64,000 nucleotides of DNA from Phoronis australis. Taxonomy: Eukaryota > Animalia > Phoronida. This document shows, piece after piece, positions 44,812 through 55,900 of this stretch (position 1 is the first letter of the stretch; each line of letters opens with the position of its first letter). The position numbers were made by a program, and so were the translations under genes. The stretch is taken from the NCBI GenBank assembly GCA_002633005.1, contig NMRA01000168.1:127129-191128 (forward strand). Direction: 5' to 3'. The notes under the pieces were generated by a model. It worked only from the letters and a program-made list of their open reading frames with translations. It searched no databases and had not been told where the DNA came from.

Positions 44812-44859
44812 AGTATTTACAGATTAGCTTGATCCACGGCAAAATACGATCGTCTGAAA

Positions 44860-45118
44860 GCCATCGTAAAGTTAATGCGCATACAATCCTGCACATGCGA
44901 CTTCCTGTTTTTTCATAGATTGGTTTACAAAAAATATTTTTGTCAAATTCTAAAAGGTTCAGTACAACGATCAAAATTGATAGAATTACATAAAAATCAA
45001 CATCTTTATTTGTTACTTTCATAAAATCTGATGTTTTCTTGAAGAAAATATTAAGTTTCAAATTTGCATGTTTTGTACGAGTGCTCTATGGGCATCACAT
45101 TTTTGGATCTGGGTGAGT
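44860..45118. promoter_or_regulatory. Putative shared (bidirectional) DHX8/SCAP promoter and SCAP non-coding exon 1
   Basis: ATGCGCAT/GCACATGCG (NRF1-like) and ACTTCCTG (ETS) lie 60-100 bp upstream of the DHX8 ATG. A strong plus-strand donor GG|GTGAGT is at 45113. The first coding exon of SCAP begins with an acceptor at 52794, so it needs an upstream exon. Confidence 0.45.
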
Positions 45119-45445
45119 AAGAAGTGTGTTGTGAAGGTTTTGTCCGAGAGCTTCCTGATTCGATGAACATGTTTTGCAGCTATTGTGTAGGTGTTCTACG
45201 CTATTGAAATTACAGAAATCTGATTTGATTAACTGTGAGAATATATAGTGAGACGGGAGACAGTATGACCATCCCGTTCCTGGCCTGTACACAGTCTCAG
45301 TCAGACTCTGTCACTGAGTCAGACCTAGGCGGTGGACTAGGCCAGTTGAGATGGTGGTTGGCCTACTGTCTAAGTCAGACCTAGCCATCCAGCTAGCTGT
45401 ATGAGGACTAATGTCTCTGGATCACTTCCAGGCACTAATCGAATA

Positions 45446-45550
45446 TAATGGACCCTGATTTAGAGAACCAGTTTCATCCACTAAAATGGGGCCCGGCATT
45501 ATTTTGTGATTGCCTGGTTCTCTAGGGACCCTAGAGTCTAGGGTCCATTA
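45446..45550. mobile_element. Small palindromic MITE-like element
   Basis: Terminal inverted repeats TAATGGACCCT/AGGGTCCATTA and inner AGAGAACCAG/CTGGTTCTCT. Confidence 0.5.
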
Positions 45551-46049
45551 CATCCAACTTGTGCCCTACTCTTGTACATACACATCTCCCCATTCCACTT
45601 TTAATTCGTATCATGCGCCACTTCAGAATCCTTGACTTCAAGAGTGAAATGTTCTAAGAGAGATAAAAAGAAAGACTGCTGCGAACTGCTTTGAACCTCA
45701 ACCTCGAAATTTCATACTGTCAGGTAGTTTTTCTATCACCTCGTCACAAAACTCTTATCAATGACAACACGTAGGCAATGACATCGCTTGTGGGTACAGT
45801 AGGCATCCACGGGTGATAGCTTTTCCCCATAAAAAGTTACTTATTTCAAAATACAGCATGTAACGTCGAATGAAGCATGCACAGATGAGGGGGTTATATT
45901 ATTACAAATACCGGTTATTGTAAACAATAACCCAAATACCATGCCTCTGGAGACTATTTAGTCAACATAATTTGAACATATCCATGTCGAGTTTCAATCA
46001 ACCCTCAGCAGGTGCCATTTTGAGGAAGTTACGCGAAATCGGGTTGGTG

Positions 46050-46355
46050 AAAAAGTTAACGGCAACCAAAAAGTGGAGTTGGAATTCTTCACCAGTGTCA
46101 TCTTATTTCCATATAGACATGCTTCCTTGAGAATATGTGTAGAACCAGAAAGGATCCCTGAAGAAAGTAAGCGCTTTTATAAGTGACAATTTTAAGTGTA
46201 AAATGTATTATTGGGGAGGTGAGAACGTCTACTTGGGTGACTGTATTTGGACTACTACCTGTTTACATTACACAGGGAGGAAATTAGTGTGAAAACTAAT
46301 ATGGAGTGTTGTGGCCTCTCGCAAGCCAGCTGCGGAGATATGTGTTACCTAATCA
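46050..46355 (-). repeat. Interspersed repeat, inverted diverged copy of about 4555-4862
   Basis: ACCAAAAAGTGGAGTTGGAATTCTT...CTGAAGAAAGTAAGC is the reverse complement of sequence in PSMB3 intron 1. Confidence 0.7.
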
Positions 46356-47354
46356 ATATGCAAAACTTACGACTGATGGGGGTGCATGTAAAATCAATCG
46401 AACGTTGACCATGTTGGCTGAAACTTTAACCTTGGGGGTTAAAAATTTGCATGTGGTTGCTAACCATGTTTAAAACACCTACTGTAGTTGTAATTAATTA
46501 CGTTCACTAATGGCTGTACGTCAATGATCTCATTCATGAGTGAACTAATGAATTAGATATAAATCTTGATTGACAGAATATCGGGTAAGAGTTGGAAGGA
46601 TATAGTCATTTGGTGCCCTCCAAAGGTTCTCTCTATTCTTGAAAGACATGACTGATGATTTTGTACCTGAAATTCAGAAATTCTACAATTGTTTTTTTCT
46701 GCGCTGTAATTTTAAGCATTTAATTTTAAACTAGTAAATTGCATTTCTTAGGATATTTTAAACACGTTGTGAAATTTTTTTGAAAGTCGTTTTGTCATCT
46801 CTCTCTTGCACCTCATTGCTCTTTAAAGCTGTGCATACTCATTAAAAATCTAAGTCTGTATCCACTCAGTTAGCAACTGTTAAAATTATTTTATTTCTGG
46901 GTAATTGAATCTGAACTTTTAAAAAGTCTTTGTGGGTCAAAATTCATCTATGAAGCCGATAGATTATGTGACTTCACCCTTTTGATAACCATTGTTTTTC
47001 TCATTTCCAATTTTCAACCAATTAAGCACGGAGTCCAGACAGAGGAGAAAGTTAATAGATATTGTGATGGGAGCCATTTATCTTGTTTGTGGGTCAACCT
47101 GTCTGGACTGGCCAGATGATTAAGGGTCAAAGTGCCTTGAATCTGAGATTACCTGTCATAATCTTTCTCTCCTAAACCTATCATTTTGCGAACTGCATCA
47201 GGTTAGTAAAGACATAAGATCTCTTCTTGGGCCACTCCATTATAGAACAAAAATTCCAATGCAAACTACTTTGTTCATAACGTCTCTCCAGGTGATGCGT
47301 TTTCAACTTGACATCATTTTTTGTTCTAACAAACGATCTAAATTTTAAAGCTAC

Positions 47355-47623
47355 TGTAACAGAGTAAGTCTCCACTGAACCTCAGAATATGTATTTTCTC
47401 TCATCAGGCATTCGTTTCAGTTCAATTTGCACATGATAACGATCAACTTTCCATGAAAGCAAAAGAAGGAAACACCCTTCTCCTAAGCCTGTCGCTAGCG
47501 AAGTGCCCGACACATACAGTCGCGCCCACATGCCCACGTAACAAAGGCGCACTGAGACGCAACAAAGACATTAGCATAAGAATAACTGAACATTTGCAAC
47601 TAAATAAGAATAACAATAAGCGT
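47355..47623 (-). repeat. 3' LTR (inner end hidden in the N gap)
   Basis: Matches 49247-49505 with an extra ACTGAGACGC. Confidence 0.9.
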
Positions 47624-47846
47624 NNNNNNNNNNNNNNNNNNNNNNNNNNNNNNNNNNNNNNNNNNNNNNNNNNNNNNNNNNNNNNNNNNNNNNNNNNNNN
47701 NNNNNNNNNNNNNNNNNNNNNNNNNNNNNNNNNNNNNNNNNNNNNNNNNNNNNNNNNNNNNNNNNNNNNNNNNNNNNNNNNNNNNNNNNNNNNNNNNNNN
47801 NNNNNNNNNNNNNNNNNNNNNNNNNNNNNNNNNNNNNNNNNNNNNN

Positions 47847-48777
47847 CAATGTCTAAACGACGGGCGTAAATCAGTAGCTCGTCAAATGATTCTTCACTAT
47901 TGTGTTCCACAAAATGCTTTAGACCAAGTCTGACGTCATTTGACAGCAAACCAGACACAAAATGTGATTTTAGCACAGATGGCAGCGCCTCTTTCGGAAT
48001 GGGACATGATTCAGACATTTTCATTTGAACTACTAATTTCTCTAAGCGCCCAGCCCATTGGGTAACGCTTTCATTTTTATCCTGTCTAGAACTGTAGAAT
48101 TTTTCAACAATTTTTCCAACAGGTAACACATCACCGTATCTAGACTTTAACTTACTAAGCAATTCGTTTACAGACAAATCACATTCAAGCAATTCAGCCG
48201 CACTGCCCCTCAATGAGCGTCTGATAGCTTGTTTCAGAAAACCATCGTTTTGCAACGTAACCTGCAAACACTGAACTTCGCCTAACCACTGCTGAAAGGA
48301 AACACCCGAGCTCTCACTACCTGAAAATGCGGGTAAGCGAACAAGGTCACTATGAAAAACATTACCCCATGAGTTCACACTTGAAGACGCATGTTTACTC
48401 TCAACACTGCTAGGGTCGTCGGACCCAACAACAGATGACACAATTTTCTTTTGAACAGGAGACAGCTCCCCTATCAATGAAATCAACGATGACATATTTT
48501 CATCACTTTTACCGGCACATTCACGGAGAAATGACTCATCAGTAACAGTAGCTTTTGAAATTTTCAATTTGAAATCCTTGAAATGGTTCTTACGTACAAA
48601 ATTAACACACTTGTTAACCATTTTTTCAGAATCAAAGACGATATAAAAGGATAAGTTAACTCGCCAAGCATGCTTAACGCCATTGCGAATTTCAGCGGGC
48701 AGAAAATTCAACAACTCACCATCCTCACACTCTGGTACGTCACCAACAATCACACATTTGTCACACAGCGAATCCAT
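47847..48777 (-). CDS. Gypsy Gag (PNMA/Arc-like capsid domain, RRM-like N-terminus), 3' end in gap
   Basis: The first ATG is at 48777 (MDSLCDKCVIVGDVP). Capsid motifs RLPAFSG...SFQQWLGEV...QAIRRSLRGSAAELL...KLKSRYG...FYSSRQDKNESVTQWAGRLE. No stops up to the N run. Confidence 0.85.
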
Positions 48778-49246
48778 GACAAAGGATGAAATATACGGAA
48801 CATGAACAAACTTAGAATCACCCCAATAATGTGAGATAACTCGACCTACAGCATGAAAATACACTAGCTTAAGAAATTAAAGAACTCTCAATACCCGGCA
48901 CATCAAGTGAACTTATGTCAAACAACAGTAACACAAAACATTTTCAGTGACACAAAATGCAACTGAGTCCAGTTTCCTGCAGGATAGGGCGTCGTCAAAC
49001 ACATAGTCCAGAAAGTTCCGTTCTTGGCGAGCACGAGGATCCGTTCCAGACACCACCACGAACTTGTGACCACAGTAGCAAATTAAGACATTGTCCTTTC
49101 CAGAAAATTCTTACCCGAGTCGCGACATAAATCTTGTAAAGTCAGCAAGCAGTTCAACTTTCCATGCAAGGCCGTAGCACGGTCATAATTTTACAGACGT
49201 CGTCAGAGAAAAGTTCTGGTTTGTTCGATTTACGTTGGGCGCCAAA

Positions 49247-49528
49247 TGTAACAGAGTAAGTCTCCACTGAACCTCAGAATATGTATTTTCTCTCATCAGG
49301 CATTCGTTTCAGTTCAATTTGCACATGATAACGATCAACTTTCCATGAAAGCAAAAGAAGGAAACACCCTTCTCCTAAGCCTGTCGCTAGCGAAGTGCCC
49401 GACACATACAGTCGCGCCCACATGCCCACGTAACAAAGGCGCAACAAAGACATTAGCATAAGAATAACTGAACATTTGCAACTAAATAAGAATAACAATA
49501 AGCGTAAAGTTACGAACGTCCCGTCACA
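49247..49528 (-). repeat. 5' LTR (282 bp)
   Basis: Begins TGTGAC and ends GTTACA on the minus strand, 2 nt before the PBS. Matches the other LTR except for a 10-bp indel. Confidence 0.9.
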
Positions 49529-51982
49529 CTACAATTCACCCTGTTTAGCTGACTCATTAAATTGGTTTCATAATTTTCCTTACCGTGACAGGAGTCCATT
49601 TCAACTTAAATATCACTTGAGCACATGTGTACATGCGCCAAGTAGCACATACTTCATAACATGGTCGTGAGTCACGTTTTGAGGTGCTGATGTTTTTGAT
49701 GTTCTTGTTGTTGATGCAAATCAAATCATCTCACGGTCATTACCAATCTTGTGAGAGTATAAGACATATTGCAATTTTTGTTTTTAGCCAGCTAAACAGG
49801 GCGCAATGCAGCTTTAAACTAAGCTGGTTTGGAGTATTAGATGGTGCACCAACAAAGGGGCTGCCGCAGTTGAATGATGCTGACCTTCACGTTTTATGAA
49901 AGTGAAAAATACTACTGTAACAGTGCAGCTAGTTAGGAGATACCCCATGTCAGTGTTAAGTTCGACTGATGAGACTCATTCAATTCTATATTGTTGAAAA
50001 CAAGGTCATGCCGAGGTTGCAAGGCCGAAACTGGAGCAATGAAACTGGCAGCAGTTTGCCTTACAATCAATGAACTCCATTTGGTCCTTATCGTGTGGAT
50101 ATGTAATTTACCTGAACATCATTCAACAAAGAATGGACTCACCGGAGACAGTAATTAGGAACACTAATTCACCATATTAAAAAAACAAAGCAAATGGTTC
50201 TATCCACAGCATGTACCATTCAACAATGGCATTGTGCTGGTGCGTGGGACTTGAAGCTCCATTTGACTGGAGCTAGCTACTGTAATACTCGACTTATCCG
50301 TGACAAAAATGAATCCCAGAATTGTCATTTCCGTTTCTCAAAAGCAGAAACTTTACCAAATGTTTTATGAAATTTACTCGGTGTAAACAATGCTGGTAAT
50401 AGACAAAATTTTCTTACGGTAATCTTTATTTTTGTGGAAAAAATAGAAGAGATTCACATGTTGGCCATATTGGGTTCTAAATACATGTACAATTTTTATG
50501 GGCATCCATGTTATGTTCCCTATAATAACTTTCAGAGCTTGGAATTTTCTCCTTGTAAGAGGATTTCTTCTTTTTTCGTTTTGATTTTATGTTATTTGAT
50601 TTCCTCTTTTTTGTCTCTTTTTTATCATTATTTTGTCTTTATTCATGCCAAAATGTTTATTTCAGTTAAATTTTGCAACACAAAAATATTGTTATCACAC
50701 AAGCCTTTTTATTTTGTGGTACCATACCTCACCTGGAAAATTTTCCTTTTTTGTCATTGGTCATTTTAACCCCTGATCTTTTCCAATTGATAAATGTTCT
50801 ATTCACTTACTTCTGTGGCACCTTCAAGTTGTGATTTCGTGTCGTGTCTCGCATTTCAAACCAGGAAATAAGCTTTGTGTTTTGTGCTGTAAACAAATCT
50901 ATATTGAAAGTCTGTTGTTGATCATTCAAAGCACATGTCCCATCCTGTATTGAATGAGTGTACAATGTAGCACAATGCAGTTCTGTCAATTTTTATTTTA
51001 AGTGCATGCTAACAATCTACCCCTACTTACAAATAAATATAACCCCTTCCCCCTGGGCAGATGAACCGTTAGCACTGGGCCTTGTTACTGCTTTAAAAAG
51101 AGAACTATACGACAGTTGTATAATGCTCTCGGTATTCTGTTAAGGGATATGCAAGGTCCAGCAGGTCGTAGTGTTCTGGCAATTGCTGTAATCTATCACT
51201 AATGCAAATTCTACACTAAAAGTTATCAGATTGTGTCCTGGGTTAAGGTTGTCTCAGGTGCGTACTAGTAGGTTGTCAGCATGTCCCAGATATGAAGTGC
51301 CGCTTCAAGCTTTGCCAAAAGTGTTCTCAGTAGGCTTCAGTCATTTGAAAAAAACGTTCTAGTGTTCAATTGGAGTTTTTCTCCAGTCATTGTAAAGTGA
51401 TCTTGATGTGCTTGTTGTTACCTGAAGCAAGTTATTGTTTTTCTGGTGTATTTCAAAGACAATGATAACATTGTCTTTTTATACGTGTGGAAATCTCACT
51501 AGTTTTGACGGAATTTGGTGGACAAGTGAAAGTTTAATTCCCACTTTTCAAATATAAAATTAGCTTATAACCAAGTTAATGCTTTACCCTAGCTAACATC
51601 AGGCAATATGTCTAAAAATTGCGAGCACTCGTAACAATTCCAGAATCTCTTGATAATTAATTTTGTCAAGAATTAGTTGGCTCATATTGTAAATCATTGT
51701 GTTCTGCCTTGTTGGTTTTGGGTGGGTAATTACATTTGTGAGGTATTTGTGCCATTCAAGGTGTGAATGCTGATCATCTTAGATCAAGGAGAATACAGTC
51801 TTGCCTTGTTGTTTTGAAAATGCATAGAGCTTGTGAATTTCTGGAGGTAAATTGTTGGAGCTATCATCCAAAGGAAACTTCGTACTTTGTGCTAGAATTT
51901 CACAAAAATGTTACATCAATGTTTTGACTTTTGTTATGCATTTTTTGATTTTGTTGGAATATGGCGTATGTATATTTATTTG

Positions 51983-52063
51983 GGTCTGACGGTCGTACAC
52001 TGGTCTGACGGTCGTACGCTGGTCTGACGGTCGTACACTGGTCTGACGGTCGTACGCTGGTCT
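51983..52063. repeat. Minisatellite, 19-bp unit x4 (38-bp higher-order dimer)
   Basis: GGTCTGACGGTCGTACACT alternates with GGTCTGACGGTCGTACGCT. Confidence 0.92.
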
Positions 52064-52952
52064 AAGCGGAGACGGGTCGTGTTTGGAATTTGTATTAGCA
52101 ATGGATTCATTTTCATGGTTTATAAAGGCAGGATGTTACCTTGAATGTTGTTTATGATTATGTTTTCCCAGGAGCATTGTTTCGCTCTTACAAGAGATGC
52201 GGTGCTGCCTTCACTGTAACGTGTCCAACCGAACTTATGACCTTCAAAAAAGCGGGCTCCTGGTCTTTTATGTATACGTCTAATCTCAATAATTTCAGAC
52301 ATTTTTGTCACATTTAACCTTTGTTCTTGACAATACCTTTTGAACAAAACTTGAAAATAGTGAAGTGTTAAATTGGATCCCAAGTTGATGAGCTTTTGCT
52401 GCTTTCTTTTTGTTTTTTAAAGTTGTTGGTCTCGAATTTGGCAAATAAGACAGCTAACATTCAAATTAAACAAAATCTCTTTGTATTTTATATGTTATGC
52501 ATTGAAATGAATCATGATTTTTGATCCAGGTACAGAGATTGCTCAAAGCTGCGTGTCCTTGCAGTATTTTAGAACAGTTGCTGAAAATTTAATCAGCAAT
52601 CCCAGCAAAGTCTAAAACATTAGCAATCAATTGTCAGTCATCTCAACATCTATCTGCATAATATCTAACCTTTTTGAAAATTTGTAAAAGCTTCTCTATT
52701 TCCAATTGCAATCAATGGTAAAAAATATTGATTTAGCAACTCTAAGTGCTGCACTACTGTGTTTTTGTTGTTGCTAATTGTACTCTTTTTCCAGCTTCCT
52801 AGATGACTAATGAACAAGTGACTTAGTGACAAATACTTCAGAACGTTGTTCACAAGCAAGCTGAAGCAACAACTGGCTGGTCTTGTAAGAAGGCTCTTGG
52901 TTCATCTATCGGCTGCTGCGCGACTTGTTACGAGACATGTCATTGGATAACC

Positions 52953-55900
52953 ATGAATTTGAAATTGATTCAGGATAAGATTGCTGAGGTTTACTACCAC
53001 CATGGCCTGTTCTGTGCTAGTCATCCCTACTCTATATTGTTCATCTGCATTGCGATTATATTGTCTGTATGGTAAGTAGCAAGTGATTGAGAAGTAAACT
53101 AGTCTTATAGTTTTGTATTGCGATATTTGATACGATAAGAGTGAAGTGTTCATTCATTTGCATAGTTATCGATCCGTTGACAAAATGTGAGTGAGTGTGG
53201 GTGAAGTGTCGCCGTATGTTGATTGTATTTAGTTCAAGTGAGAATTACAAGTCAGACATGCATAAAGGCAGCAATGTAGTTGAAAAGACACTGTGGCAAA
53301 AAGTGCATGTCGAGGTATAGAACATTAAGTTATGGTTGTGAAGAACTGTGTCTTTCTCTTATGTTTATTGTTTACCACTGTGTGCTTCCTCTGAATAAGA
53401 ATGTGGTGCAGTAGGCCAGTATATAGTGTTCCTGCTTCAGCTTGTCGGTCAAATCTCTAATGGGCAACTCAGTATTCATGAGGTGGTGCTCATGAATGAA
53501 GGTCTCTGTTTTTCACATCTGAAAACAATTGAGAGCAGAAAACAGATCATCTGCAAGGAGAGGTTTGTAGGATACGGGTCCCACGTGGTTTTCCTGTATG
53601 CAGGCATTTCTGTGGAAAGGTCCCTTGCTTCGCTTGCGACACCTAGTGAATGTTTGAGTTTTCCATTGCCAGTTGGTCACAGCCTCGTTAAGTTTTATCA
53701 AATTGTTTGTGGTTAAAGTTTGACAAAATCAAAAACACTGTTGAACCACAGCAGTCATTGGTGTGTACTGTACATAATTTTCATACCACTTCACTGGATG
53801 CCTGGAATTAGGTGGAGCCAAATGCCTTGATTTTGAGTATAACGTCTAGATAAGAACTGGCTTTTAATAATTGTCTCGTTTTAATTGCTATCACTTTCCC
53901 GTCTCAACAGTTACCCTCTGACCAAGCTTCCGTTACCTGGCAACACCCCTCTTCAACATGTTACCCCTGTCAGTGGCTACACAGTCCCACCAAAGTTCTC
54001 TGTGGAAGAGTCCAAAGGACCATTCTGGGTATGTTATATGTTTAAACTGAAGTTAATGTTTGGAATTTTTTCATTAACCATGTCTATACATAACCGATCA
54101 CTAGAGGCTGGATATATTATTAAATTTAGTCGAGAATATTGGCCTGGATTCTACAACTTTTGATCTTGAAAATTGTGCTAGTTGACATAATTCACAACCG
54201 AAGGCAGTCAACCTGGTTTGCAAGCAATGAAAACCCGAAGTCATCATGTTGCAACTTAATCTTTAGAACACTTGTCCTAGTAGTACATTTTACGCAATAC
54301 TCAGCATTGACCCCTACGTAAGTTCAGGCAACCTCTCTCGGAAAATCTGCGTGTGCTTTATTTGCACAGAGCCTTGTTGCGTGTGTCCGTATGCCCAGGG
54401 CTTCATTTCAATGAATTACACCAAATGTCTGACGTATGATTATTATGGGGGACGGTTCAACCTGTTTTAGTGCAAGAAGTGAAGTTTAGGTTTACATGTA
54501 ATCTTTCACCTAAGTCTGTGCTAAAAAAAACTCTACGAAACACAACGGAAATTTCGGAGTACTGATTTTTTGTCTATTGAATGGAACGAGTATTGCTGAG
54601 TTGAAATTTGCTTAGTGAACAGGAAAAAAAGGTGAAAGTGATAGTCAACTAAACTTAATTGTGGATAGTTTTTCATTAGCGCTGATTTCAATCATGTACT
54701 GATGAGGCCCAAAATACTTTAATTTTAAGAACCTGGTGGGATTTTGGAAACAGATCCCCTTGTGGCAATTTTCAAACTAACCTCTCAGTTATATTTCCTG
54801 GATTTGCTCTGTAATTCTGAATTTTAAAGTACAATTTTTGGAGGTCAAAACAGTCAATTAAGAATTCTTCCTTGTCTGTTAGGGTGCAAAGATTTATCTT
54901 TACTGTTGGCTGACCTATGATTTCTATTGTTGGGTTGAATGTCCCTTGGTTTTGACAGGGTTAGGTAATGAGAGGTAATTCATTATTTACTCTCTCTTCC
55001 ATGGATTACCTTAGCCTGTGGGACTTGAATGTTGATGTAGTCAGCTTTTGTTCATCAGCTAAAAATTCCCAAATAAAGTTCAGTTGTAAAATTCTACTCA
55101 GTTGCTAGATTTCGAAGTCAAAAGTCAGGAATACCTAAGTGGAGTTTTGTGTCTAAAAACGTTCTTGCTATACTTTGCTTGACATGAACAGATGGTGACC
55201 ATAATGCTCAAGTCGCACATGTTCAGTTATGCAACAACCTTTAGTCACCACTGGTTTGCCTGACCTTTCACTTATTTATCAGGTTATGCTAATCTGCTGT
55301 AGTCATTATCTATTCTGATGTCATTCAATCCCTGATGTGTGTGGGCTTCCTCAGGTATATCCTATGTCAGATAACTTATACAGAGTTATGGGCTCGAGGA
55401 ATATTTTTGGGATAATTAGTTATGCTACATATCGTTATGATATTTTTCTTCTTTAGAAATATGTGATTAGTAGATGAGGGAGTATTCATAATTTCCACCA
55501 TTTTCGCTGGTGTTCAAGCTATATGCTTCTAGGTAGAGGTAGTAGACGCTTGCTGTTAACGTACATAAAAAGACGATTTCAAGAGACAGTCAAATTCAAT
55601 ATTATTACTGTATTGTTTTTTCACTTGGTGAAAACATGACGAAAATGCAAACAGTTTAAATATCTCCAGGATCCAACTGCAATGTATCGCAAAATTGGGC
55701 TTTTCCTATTATGGAATACAACAAAAAAATGTTGTCTGGTTTCTGTTATTTTGACTTTGACTTATTTTACCTAAATTTGTACAAAGAACAAAAGTGAAAA
55801 AATTAAACAAACGATTTTCAATAATAGTCACTTATACAGGGGTCCCACATTTTGAGAACCAGTTTTCTCCACTGAATAACTGGCATCAAACTGGGACTCC

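Larger units (their letters stand above)
47355..49528 (-). mobile_element. Young Ty3/Gypsy-type LTR retrotransposon (gag visible, no pol visible)
   Basis: Paired LTRs with TGT...ACA ends. The 4-bp TSD CTAC lies at 47351-47354 and 49529-49532. The PBS TGGCGCCCAACGT (complement of the tRNA-Lys 3' end) is at 49232-49244, followed by a gag ORF. Confidence 0.92.

Noticed and set aside
47443-47869. ORFs running through the N gap (47453-47869, 47571-47849 and the tail of 47443-48864)
   Set aside because: These are artefacts of translating Ns and LTR sequence.
51983-52063. CRISPR-like array (also considered for 39604-39731 and 44086-44372)
   Set aside because: The units are head-to-tail with no unique spacers, there are no cas genes, and the context is eukaryotic introns.
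54699-54715. CTGATGAG hammerhead cores (also near 22185, 49966 and 57162)
   Set aside because: None has a properly placed helix II and GAAA. At most they are truncated remnants.
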